A DNA stretch of 64,000 nt, from contig NC_092670.1 in NCBI RefSeq assembly GCF_964355755.1, positions 30,182,388 to 30,246,387 of the forward strand, read 5' to 3'. Numbering within the stretch: the stretch's first letter is position 1; the number at the start of each line of letters is the position of its first letter. The stretch is from Antedon mediterranea. Lineage: Eukaryota; Animalia; Echinodermata. The notes under the pieces are model-generated. The model saw only the letters and a program-made list of their open reading frames with translations. It was not told the origin of the DNA and did not search any database. Positions 1-13,100 of the stretch are shown one piece after another. The position numbers and the translations under genes were made by a program.

Positions 1-332
1 TTTCATATGTATGATTTATTATCAAATTAAGAGAACAAAAGTTGATTAAGTCATCATTAATTGCATATTAAATTTTTTTTAAAATAATTTCGACAATCAA
101 ACAAATTATGACATTTTCTTAGGCCAAAATAACAAACTTAACATTAACTTTCTTCCTTCCAAAGTTCATATATTAAAGTTAAAAGTATATAGTTTGACAG
201 TGCATCATTTGTTTACATTTTAAAGATGTCATCATAGTAAAAAATTATAATTCATTGCGGTATGTAATAATCTATTTGCACCAAACTGGTTACTGCATAG
301 TAAATACACGGAGGAATTTTTCTACAACTTTT

Positions 333-415
333 AGTCAGTTGTGTATGGCTCGATGGTCTGTGCTCGTGTCTATGGCATTCAAGGTAACGAGATCGAGTCT
401 CACCTTGGGAAACGA
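333..415 (+). mobile_element. Degenerate tRNA-like / SINE head fragment
   Basis: A-box-like TGGCTCGATGG (346-356) and T-arm-like hairpin GAGA-TCGAG-TCTC (389-401); no intact cloverleaf. Confidence 0.3.
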
Positions 416-1018
416 AATAAGATTTTTTTTTTATTATCCGTATTGTTTGTTAAAATTTATTTCTTAGTGTATAGATTATACACATGATTTATAATGAAAT
501 CTAGATAAAAATTAACTTATGTCTTTATTATTATGTAACAACAAATGTGGTTTATGACATTATACGCATATGGATCTTTGATCGGATTGTGATACCGGCT
601 ATGGTGGTCACGTTAGCAAGGCCAGGTCCTATCATATATTATAAATAATTAAAGATTCTGAGAAAATCAATCAATCAATATATCTTTTAAAAATCAATTA
701 TCTTTATTTAAATCAATGCATATAACCTATAATTCGTCATAGTGACGAATTAAATCTAGTTCGATATTGTTTTGGATATACGAAAAACAAAAGCAAAAAT
801 TTACTTTTGGTTAAACTAAAGTTAAAAATACATTGGTGGCACATTTTTCACAATGCACATAGCCATATACGACGATTGGAAAGGGCTGGCATATTAAACG
901 GTTCTCATTTGTGTAAATTGGCCTTTAGGGTACATAAGAATAGTGACTAAGTTAATGAATATGATACAACACCTAATTAATGATGTCAAATGTCTTGAAG
1001 TAATAGTTGTAGACTTAC

Positions 1019-1123
1019 TGTTGCTATATTTGGCTTATGGTTCAGTGGTTCAATATGCTGATTGAGGGCATCATCTACAAAGATCTCTGCTGTTGTCAAA
1101 ATCTCTGCTAAGCCCAGATTCAA
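1019..1123 (-). CDS. Integrin alpha exon 23 (calf-2 end)
   Basis: LNLGLAEILTTAEIFVDDALNQHIEPLNHKPNIAT; AG/GT flanks, phase 0-0. Confidence 0.8.
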
Positions 1124-4100
1124 CTACAATTAAAATGTTTTTTTATTAAGTTAGTGTAAGTAAAATCAAATTATCTGATCAGATATATCAGGTTGTTGTT
1201 CGTCTTTTTTTATCATAAATTTCACAATGAATAAGAAAATGGCAGGGGCAAAGGGTATGACACATGAAACAAAAAGTTTGCTCCTTGGTTGTATTCTGAC
1301 TTAAACTGATTACAAACTGATGACAATAACTTTATTCCTTTTGAGTTGATTTTGAGATAAAATTCATTATGTAATTAAAAAAAGCATTACTTAATTTGTC
1401 TGCCTAACATTTTTTTATTGAAATAAACTTCTTACTGAAATGAAGGAATGTTCCCAAATACGGGCATAAATCCGTACAATGAGGTAGGCATCAATTGGCA
1501 TAACATCTACATTACATACAAGGGTAACACACTCTGCTGTATTACAATTCTGAAATTTAAAAAACATATCAAATGTATAAGCTTTACACTAGAACCACTT
1601 TGCACCCAATGCATTTTTGTTTGTAATAATAAAAAAGTTTTCTTTTAACTTAAAATCTTTATTTGAATTTGCTGCATAACCATTAGGGGATGTCAATCAT
1701 TCTGCAAATCCCCAGAAACCTTGATATCTTCCACCCATTTTCAAACACAAACCATCATAACTTCTGCAACTCCTGATGCAGAAACCATCCTAACATTCCA
1801 AATACAATCCATCCAAACTTTTGCAACTCCCAACCATCCTAAATTCCACACCCCTTCAAACACACAACATCCTAACTTCTGCAACACAATCTTAAAACTG
1901 TTATAACTCACCATTCTAAAATCACCCCAAACTATTCCACCTTTTTTCACACACAAACCACCCTAACATCACTCTACAACTCTCAGTCAGAAACTGTCTT
2001 AAAACTTTCCTAACTCCTCACACAGAAACCACCTTTTAACACTTTACGGTTCTGATAAAAAAAATATTTGAATATTTACAAGTCTCTGTGATTTGATCTT
2101 GGTATTGAATGTTACGTCATTGGCACCGCTAACTTGTTGTAAACCTGTTGTAACATTGTTATACTGCTCTCTTATCAACACATGTTGTGCTTTAAAAATA
2201 GAATTATAATCGCATTCTCCAAGGCCTTCAACCTGTTAAACAAAACATATTGTATTTGTATTGCCATATGCTGTCTCGGTTTTGTCATATCCAGTAGAGA
2301 TTAAAGGTATCATTTGGAGAAACCATACTAATTTTAATTAATAATAACATCATAATAACAGGATTTTTATAGCGCACATATCACTCAAGAGTCCTCAATC
2401 AACATTACCTCAACTCGTTTGATGTATATCAACCAATCACCTTCCTTTGTTCGCCAAGGTATCGTGATGTTCACTGTAGAAGGATAAGGTATTGTGCTTG
2501 GGCCCATGTTTCTAGCCTAAAAGAAAGAACAGTGCAAAAAATAGAAATTGGGCACAACATTAAAAATGATCGTACAGATACATTACAACACACTTATCTG
2601 GTTTAAGGATTGTGGGTCACATATTATTAAATAAATGTTCTATTGCGCTTTTAATTACACGATCGAGTGTGTTTGTATATGAGAATGTCTGCAGTTTTTG
2701 TTTGCATGTTCCTTTTTGTTACACAGTGAGCATCTACACACTCAGCACACAGCTAGGATGTTGTTGTTGACTGATCATGTTCAATCAACCTTTGTTACAC
2801 AGTGAGCATCTACACACTCAGCACAAAGCTAGGATGTTGTTGTTGAATGATCATGTTCAATCAACCTTTGTTACACAGTGAGCATCTACACACTCAGCAC
2901 AAAGCTAGGATGTTGTTGTTGAATGATCATGTTCAATCAACCTGTAGTGTCTATTGTTCTACTCTGCATACAGAATTGAAGTGCTTTTTTTTTAATGGTT
3001 TAGACTTTGGCCTCTCTTTAAAAAGTGTGTTATAAAATTAATAATTGTTTTATATTCGTGCAATGGAACAAAATAATTTCATTCGAAATGCCATTGCCCT
3101 AATAAACATTCATTATTTGTATATTATATTAAGTCACAACATTAAAAATGAAATAAAAAGTACAATAAAAGGAACTCAAAATAATATGATACTTACATGA
3201 TAAACATGTGTAAAACTAGGACCAATCACTTGTCCTTCGTCTGAAAGTTCATCTATATACAGCCGATTAGTTGACCTCTCAGAAACATTTTGAACATGAT
3301 CTAAGGACTGCTCCAATATGACATTCACATCAGTTTTTTTAAGCCCAAACTCTACCTGTTCAGGATGGGCAACACTAAATAGAAAATAAGGAAAAAAATT
3401 AAGCATGTTTTGTAGTATTGCAAACACTGCGTCAATAATGTGAGGCAAGACCATTGAAGCACGGTTTACATGCTTGCATTTAATCGCAGATTTTTTAATC
3501 TGACAAAAGAGTATACAGTTTGTAGAGATTTTTTAAATATGCCAATAAACAGTACAGTACAACTAAAGTTGGGATAAATAGTTACAAAGTCTAGCATCAT
3601 ATTATTATTACAAGATAATAAACTGGCAGGGAGTGAACCAAGTGAAACCAGGTACGCTTGACAGACTCCTGTTGTTGCAAAATACTGTACATATTAAAAT
3701 TATCTATTTAATTATCTACATTTAATGTTAAAGGCTTTCATCTCACCCTTTAACAGTGACATCAGCTTCAACTCTTACTCGTATGTATTGTGATACAATG
3801 TTATTCTTCTTGGTAAAGTTTGTTTCATGACTGGATGAGTTGGCTTCCATAATAACATGGAATCCTTGTTGGTCTCCAGTCACTGCACTAACATCAAGTT
3901 TCAATCTAAAGACACTCTGCAATAGTAGTGAAATTATATATTTCAGATGAACTGAAATCAAAGATCCACTAAAGTTCATCTATATAAGTATTTTATTGAA
4001 TATTATTTTAAGGCTATTGGGATAAAAAAAAATTATTTTGTTACCCCACTTGGTATAAACTAGGTTTTACAGTATAAATGAATAAATTTATAATATAGTT

Positions 4101-7100
4101 ACCAAACTAAGAAAACCAAATTAGGTACACTTCATTGGAAGTAACCAAGCCAAATGAATAGTTAATAAATTGCTTACCTCTACCTTTGCTGGCATAGGGT
4201 TACCAATATCACATATTACAGTTGTTAGTGAAGAATTTAATTTAAAATTCGGTTCACACAGGGTTACAACAGATGACTGTAAAGCAAAAAAAATATAATA
4301 AGGTTGAGCTATGGTGTAATACACAAATCAACAGTGTTTTTGGTAGTCTATGAGTGAGATACCTACCTGTAGACTCTACTATAATGCCATTATTTCCAAT
4401 ATGGACACCTCTCGAAAGAACAAGGCCATATACATGGCTGCAGTCACATGTTCAAATTTGAGTTAGTGTTTTAACCGACCAGCCAACCAACCAACCGACA
4501 TAGTTAGCTGTAGAATCGCATTTGCACACGACTAAAAATGGAATAGTCCAGGCACCGTAGCTGGTCATACAAACTCACAGATGACATATTCCTTTCGATT
4601 TTTATGAAAAGTGAACTTGTGACTTTGAAAGCCTTAAAAGAAACTAATTAAAATAGAACAATAAAAAAGAACACCACCGCAAGCCTTTACATGGACTTTA
4701 TTGTGTTTAGCAGCATTCTTGTGAAGAAAGCTTCTACCTAGAAAACTACAGTATCCTTATTGTAGCCATGTCTGCTTGTAAAGCCGCAGCCTGTTCCATG
4801 TGTGACGGGCCCCGCCCGTCCACGAAGCTAGATTGCCATTTGGCGTGCCCTCACTGCCATAAATGCAGCAAATCTGCGAGGCATGCATAAGCTGACCTGC
4901 AGAGAAGTTCATTTCTGCTAAAGAGTGGGCCCCGACCGTACAACTTAACCCGCCGCCTGTGTCTCAGATTCTAAGCCCGGATATGCTTAAATTAATATCA
5001 CAGCAAGTGAGTAAGACCATAGAGGAGAGAAAGTGAATTAAAGCTGGATCGACCAGGGCTCCTCTTTCTGTCCCCTTGATTATTAATCCAGATATCAAGG
5101 TGCAGGTATGTGAAGATTCCACTGATATTTAAATGGGTCGGAGCCATAATTTAAAGTTGATGATACGCCACTCCCATCCGGGCTTCACCATCTCATCTCT
5201 AGGGCTTTACCAGGTATTCTTTCCCACTTCCTGTATGAAACACCTGATGCTCTCCCAAACACCTGCAACCTCCAACATGCCTGTGGCGGGTATTCACCCG
5301 GACTTGCTGAGACAAATTTATTGTCAGGCCAAAAGACAGAAGGTCATAAAATCATCTGCCTGGTGCTTGGCCAAGGACCAATATAAATCCATGATTCGGG
5401 AACACAGGATACCCCGGACGGCCAAGAATTGGCTCCGGGATGAATAACACCTAAATCTATCAGCAAACATCTTACTATAAGACTCAGGCAATCTTGGAAA
5501 CTACCCTGGGCACCACGATATTGCTACCCGGGAAGGGATCCGCGCTGGTAATATCTGCGGGATCCTCCTCTCCTTCCTTCTAAGTTGAAATCAATTTATA
5601 ATCCCTGTAAGGTTAAGAATGGCCGTAATTGGCTACGGGTTTTCTATACCAGTTCAGAGCCCTTCCATTTGGCCTGTCTATTGCCCTATGGGTCTTCACT
5701 TGGGTAGTCAAAGCACTGGAGGCAGTATTCCACTCGATGAGGGTAAGAATCTTCATGTACTTAGACGATTGGCTAATTCTCGCAAATTCCAAACAGGTCC
5801 TTGTAAACCATGTCAGTCTTGTATTGAAGATCACTGAGGCCGCAGGTTTCATTATTAATTATAAAAAATCAATTCTCACACCGTCTCAGTCCCCACTGTT
5901 TCTTGGGGCCCGTCTAAATCTGATTTGGTCCCTGGCGTTCCCATCACAAGCTCGCATAGAGAACTGTCGGGCAGCGATAAAACTGTTGGCCCGACCGCCA
6001 TCTCCAGCCCTGAGATCTTCTTCACATGCATACAATGGAACTCCACCTCCTTTATCATTTTTCTTTGTATGCCTTTCCACCTCTCTCCCTCATCCCTCTG
6101 GTCATATCACACATTTATCGCCATCAATGCAAAATCTTTCTGGTAGATACCAAACTTGGTTTCCCACAATGATGAGTCTACTTTATTCTAAGCCCGGGAC
6201 CATATTCGGTTTGAGAGCAACTATGTTTGTTTTACTTTCCGAGCAGGGTTCTTAGCAAAGACCCAAACTCTCCACCAACCATTTTTTTCTCTAAAATATC
6301 CTCATACTCTGTTTTGCGAGAAGACAGGCTTTGGTGCCCAGTGTGTGTGATACACTATCCGATTCCGCTATCAAGTCAGCGTATGCATCTTCACACAGTG
6401 GCATGGTGGAGAGCTCAGACCACTTTTTCATTGTGTTACCTTCAGGCCGACGATTTTTCAGCCTTTATTTCAATCATGCCCTCCTCCTGGTGCCGGTGCT
6501 ACTCTGGTATATGTAGAGTCTATAAAGGTAGGGATCTCACAAAATAGACTACACAAACCAACAGTGGTGTTGGTAGTCTATGAGTGAGATACCTACAGTA
6601 CCTGTATAACAATTCCTCCCAACTCCCCTCGCCATGATCAAGTGGAATATGAGGACAATGTCATGTGTGAGAGATATTTGTATGGCCGGCATGGAGCTAG
6701 TATTCCATTTTTAATCCATATTAGGAAAAATGGCATATGTAAAGTCTATAGGTAAGGATCTCACAAAATAGACAGCATAATATGCAAACAAATCACTAAA
6801 TGTGAATAAAACTGAAAAGAAGAAAAATAGGGGTGATTAATCTCACAAAGTTTCGAGCTTGTACAGCAGTGAAAAGTAGAAAAGAATTTGCGACCTTAAA
6901 AGCCATAAAAATGTTAGGTTTTGGGAAATGTTGGCATTTGTCCAGTTGCTTTGACCTGAAAAAATTGCTTGAAAAGAAGCCATATGAACAGTGAACTGGC
7001 ACTGAACACTCACTCTGGCATTTTCTGATTTGATGAATACCACATTTTTGGGAAATGTAATATAGACTTTAGCTTGATGGGCCTCTTCTCCCATATTTTG

Positions 7101-10100
7101 CACATGTATCATAGCATAGATATGACGTTGAAGTCCAAGTGGCAGGTATCTTGATCCCCTGAAACAGACAATAAGAAACAAATATAAAATATAACTAGAA
7201 TTAAACTTGTCACGAAAGATAGGTGATTTTTATAATGTATGTAATGTGTGTAATTCTATGACCTGAAGCACATGTTTATAGTGCTCAAATGTGTTTAGTA
7301 TGTATACAGAATATACAGTATTATATACAGTGTAAAACATGAAATTACGGAATCCTCATAAAAAAAAATGAAACATGAAGATGACAATTTTCAAGATAAT
7401 TGTCTGAGCAAGAACATATTAAAATTTGGAAGAAATTTGGAGACAAAACAAGATGAAAAAAATTCAGATGGCCATATGCTGACATCACAACATCTGATAT
7501 GCACAATTTTTACCTGAAGTCTGTACTATCAATCAATATATAATATATAATGCAACATTTATATAGCGCTATTTCGTAAAGATCTTGGAGTGTTAGTTGA
7601 TTATTAAAATTAACTAGACTCTGAACAGGAAATAGGCTAACTAAAGACAACCCGTTAATGACAATAAAAAAATAAATAAACAACAAAGTAAAGTAACTAA
7701 CCAATTATCTAATAATTGTTGAAGAATGTTTAAATGTTGTTGGGATCTTAATTATTAGTGATAGTAGTTGAGAGTTAACGAAGGACACGTGACCTCAGTC
7801 CACTGGCAGTACTTATTATATAACATAGGACTACATGGTTCAAATCCTAAAAATTTAAAAAGGTGGTTGTGTGTGCAACATATAACACACTAAAGTAAGA
7901 CTGTTAAATAATCTTTTTTATTACTTCTTTTGCAGTTAGTTGGGCCAGGTACTTCGTTGTGTAATAAGCCTTACCCTGGAATTTGTACTTCACCACTCAG
8001 TCTCAAATCTGTCATGCACACCTGGTCATTCCCGCAATTATGAGCAAACCGCACCTGTTGATTTTGAGTTCAAAACAAATATTATCACCTAAAACTTATG
8101 TACCTGTGGTTACCAATTATATAGCACAGACTAAAAAAGTGAGTAAAATAAGACATGGGTAATAATATCTTACGGAAGATGTGGATGCCGAAGTCTTGCC
8201 AATGTTGGACTTGTTTTGTTATTATAAATTAATTGCTCAAAATGTTGTGGAAAAGAAAGAAAAAGGCTATGTGAAGGCATGAGTTTAAAAATTGTCTGGA
8301 GTAGTTGATTTTGTGTCCTTTAAACATCATACAGTTATTGTTTTTCGTAGAATTTTATTCTATTTGTCCTTATAAGGTTCACCTCCTTGTGTGTTGATAG
8401 TGATGTTATTAAATGGGTGAGGACAGCAGATTTCTTCAGTTTCCATTAAAACAGAGAAATATTAGATTTAAGAAAAATATTTCATTTTGAGCATAATGTT
8501 TTAAAGTTTGGTTCTAGTTGGATACGATGCAAGGACCACTTTCAGTAATTTGAGCAATCATGCTGAGATGAGTCATCCACATTGTTTCTTGTGATCTTCC
8601 AACTTGTGGTGTCCCATAACAAAAAGTCTTAGTAGTTATAGCTCTATAGCGGTTAGCCTTATAGTCTATCCGGCTTAGTAGATATAGAGCTGTCGCCTAT
8701 TTATCACCTACTAGTAGATAGATATTTGATAGATTTTTTATAGTCGTTAGTAGATTTTTGCCTCATTAGCATATTTCGCGATGATATTAGTAGGCGACAC
8801 CTACTAAATACAACTATTATTAGACTACCAATAATCTATCTAGAATGGATTCTTAATTGGCTATTATTTGGCTTTTAAAAATCTACATTAATTTGCTATT
8901 TATGGGCTATTAAAAATCTACTAATTAAATGACTATTATTGGGCTATTAAAAATCTGTATAAATTGGCTATTATTTGGCAATTAAAAATCTACATAAAAT
9001 GGCTATAATTTGTCTACTTAAAATCTACATTATTTGGCTATTAATATACTATTAAAAATCTACTAAATAATTGGCTATTATTCAGCTACTAAAAATCTAC
9101 ATTATTTGCCTATTATTGGGCTATTAAAAATCTACTTAAAAATGGCTATTATTTGTCTACTAAAAATCTACATTATTTGGCTATTATTGGGCTATTAAAA
9201 ATCTACATAAAAATGGCTATTATTTGTCTACTAAAAATCTACATTATTTGACTATTATTGGGCTATTAAAAATCTACATAAAAATGGCTATTATTTGTCT
9301 ACTAAAAATCTACATTATTTGGCTATTATTGGGCTATTAAAAATCTACATAAAAATGGCTATTATTTGTCTACTAAAAATCTACATTATTTGGATATTAT
9401 TGGTCTATTAAAAATCTACTTAAAAATGGCTATTATTTGTCTACTAAAAATCTACATTATTTGGCTATTATTGGTCTATTAAAAATCTACTTAAAAATGG
9501 CTATTATTTGTCTACTAAAAATCTACATTATTTGGCTATTATTGGGCTATTAAAAATCTACACTATTTGGCTATTATTGGGCTGTTAAAAATCTACTTAA
9601 AAATGGCTATTATTTGTCTACTAAAAATCTACATTATTTGGCTATTATTGGGCTATTAAAAATCTACATTATTTGGCTATTATTGGGCTATTAAAAATCT
9701 ACATTATTTGGCTATTATTGGACTATTAAAAATCTACATAAATTGGCGACTATTGGGATATTAAAAATCTACATTATTTGGCTATTCAAAATCTACATAA
9801 ATTGGCTATTATTGGGCTATTAAATATCTACATTATTTGGCTATTAAAAATCTACTAAATAATTGGCTATTAAAAATCTACATATAACTATTATTGGGCT
9901 ATTAACAATCTACATATAGATATTATTGGACTATTAAAAATCTACATATAACTATTATTGGGCTATTAACAATCTACATATAGATATTATTGGGCTATTA
10001 AAAATCTACATATAAATTGGCTATTAAAAATATACATAAATTAACTACTGTTAATTTAGATACTTAAAATCTACAGAAATTAAAAATCTAATCTTTTCTG

Positions 10101-13100
10101 GCTAAAATACAGATACAGAACAATAATTCATCTTATTGGCAAATAACAAATGTATAATGATTAAAAAAATAACAAATTAATTTTTTTCCCGTATTTGTAA
10201 ACCTTAATCTTGTCCATACATATGCGAGTCCGAAAACTTTAAGCACATATTTTAACTCAGTTGGACATGTAAAAGGAAGAATACCAAACAACAACAGTTA
10301 CTTTTGTAACAATTTAGACTTATTAAGTGAAACAAGACATTAGTAACCAAATATACAGTATACATTTTATAAATTTATTTAACAAAAAATTAAGATAGTA
10401 CATTATTTGTAAACCTTAATATCTTAACCATAACATTGCACATGTTTTAACTCAGCTGGACATGTAAAAGGAAGAATACCAAACAACAACAACAGTTACT
10501 TTTGTAACAATTTAGACTTATTAAGTGAAACAAGACATTAGTAACCAAATATACAGTATACATTTTATAAATTTATTTAACAAAAAATTAAGATAGTACA
10601 GTATTTGTAAACCTTAATATCTTAACCATAACATTGCACATGTTTGAACTCAGTTGGACATGTGACAGGAAGAATACCGAGCAACAGAGCAACACTCATC
10701 ACTTTTGTAACAATTTAGACTTATCAAATGAAACAAGACACAGTATCCAAATATACAGTATACATTTTATTTAAACTTCAAAATTCAAAACAATTCCTGA
10801 ATGGAATTAGACCAGACAATAAGAAATGCACCAAATATTGTCACTATTGACATGAAAAATTAATTACGCAAAAGCACACTTCACCATAAATTAATCATCT
10901 TTGCACTTGACCATCAAATTTGTACTAGTATAGGTTAAAGATCGTCTCTCTGAAAAAATAATTGTTTAAACATTTTTTTGTTGAATATGCCATTTGAATT
11001 TTGCTATACAAGGGCTACCTACCAGTAACCTATTAACAGACTATAAACAAACTGATAATAGCCAGTAACTATTAATAAACTATTTATTTTATATACTTAG
11101 GCCTACTAAGAATTATTACAAATAGATACAGTAGATATAGCTAGATGACCTAGGCCTCTAGGCCTAGATACTGCATTAGAAATCTATTATTAATATCACA
11201 GTTGTAATATCTATCAACTGCATACTTACAATGGGTGTCACAAAACCTAAGACCACGAAAGCTAAGACCCCCTAAGACCTAAGATCACGAAAGCTAAGAC
11301 CCAACACCTAGATTACAAATATTTATCTTTCGCACCTGCCTTGTATTTTAACTCCCAACATTTATTCTGAATACCACACCTTAGAATTGGCACTTTCATG
11401 AAAAAGAATCACATAAAAAGTAACAAATACATTTTTAAATTGATGATTTTACAGACGTTTTTCTCGCACACAAAATGACTAGCCTACAGTACAGTAGGCC
11501 TACCCCATGGGCCATGTTCAATGTTTTTGTTTCTATGGAACGTCAAAAGAGAAAAAATTATATAGAGGGCTGAAAACTCTGTGGAGTCCATCTACAGTGT
11601 GGATGGAACAATATAAAATTAAAATTGTAATGATAATAGTATACTCATGCAAGTACGAAGAAATAAATACTGGCAAATAAATTTTAATTTAAAAATCATG
11701 ATAAGTTTTTTTGTTTCGTTTTCTTTCTGTTTTTATACTTGTACTATTATTGTTGCTCTTTTGGCGCTCCATAGAAACAAAAACATTGAGCATGGGGAGC
11801 TCGAGGAGTTACATTACAGTATACAAAGAAACACATCTGTAAAATCATCAATTTAAAGGATTTATTTATTTGTTATTATGTGTTTCTCCTTCTGAAAGTA
11901 CTTATAAGTCCTAATTTTAAAGTGTGGTGTTCAGGATAAAGTTAGTCAACAAATTTGGAGTCAAAATACAAGAAAGGCAGGTGCGTAAGAAAAACATCCT
12001 CTGAACCAACACAATGGAGTAAATATATACCAACAAACAACCCGTCAAGTTTGTTTGTTGTAAAGTAAAAATATACATTTACTCAACGGGCGAAAATAAT
12101 GTGAGTTTATCTATGTTTTGCGGTAGTATTAAATTATATTTATGGTAATAAATGAAACCTACTGTGTTTAAAATTATGTATAATAATAACCTATTAATAG
12201 ACTAGGCTTAGGCCTATTAACAAACTGATAATAGGCCTAGGCAGCCCAGTATAACTATTTAGTATTAATATTATAAACTAAAAAATCTATTTTATAATTG
12301 AACCCTGGGAAGTAGGCCTACAACTTGTGGCTTATTACTATGTTTTCATTTATGTACACACCTATAATTATATTATACTGTATAATGCCATTGTTGAATA
12401 AATAAATGTTTTTTGAACAACAAACAAGCAATGTAGGGCCTAGGCTAACTAGTAGTAGGCCTATAAGCCTAGGCTATAAAGTATATTAGGCCTAGGCTAG
12501 GCTATTATAATTATAACTTGAATGAAAAATGCCTAGTGCAATTTAAAAAAGACTAGGCCTAGGCTAGGGCCTACCTAGCTTAGTAGCCTAGCCTAGCCTA
12601 GGCCTACTAACTAATACAGGCCTGGCTAGGTTATAGAGCCTACTAGAGGCCTACTAGCCTAGCTTCTAGCCTATCAAAAAGGAACACTTTAACTTTAACA
12701 AATAAAATGTAAAGATATGGATTGATTCACTTACCACTAAACTGACATTGTGTATAAATAAACATTCATGGTCTGATCGAAAAGGCCTACAACAAGCGAA
12801 TGCTCCTTTTTTCTCTGATCATCTGCATCGTGCCTGCTGCTGCTGCAAAAAAGAAGCGGGAATTTGGGTGTAACAATTGTTATACACACGCACTAATATA
12901 TAGACAACGGCTATCTATAATCTAGTAACAAACTACATTTTACATTTTACATTTAACTTATATTCCATACCTACTAAATATCTATTATATATAGATAGAT
13001 GGAGACTACTACAAGTCTATTAGAAATCTATGAGTAACACAGTTTTGTATTATCTATCAACTGTCTACTTATAATAGATAGACAACAGCTATCTATAACC

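Larger units (their letters stand above)
4320..6775 (+). mobile_element. DIRS1-type tyrosine-recombinase retrotransposon, internally deleted and degenerate
   Basis: A Cys/His-rich gag N-terminus starts at 4768 (MSACKAAACSMCDG...DCHLACPHCHKCS). The RT fragment (YQFRALPFGLS...MYLDDWLI...GFIINYKKS) lies in ORF 5629-6255, followed by frameshifted YR-like fragments (FLAKTQ, DRLWCPV). Inverted termini (~4340-4590 vs ~6658-6773) and an ICR-like block (~6512-6606) copying both ends are present. Confidence 0.85.

Noticed and set aside
1-1018. Alpha TM/GFFKR exon
   Set aside because: I found no hydrophobic TM or GFFxR-coding segment; it presumably lies beyond the window start.
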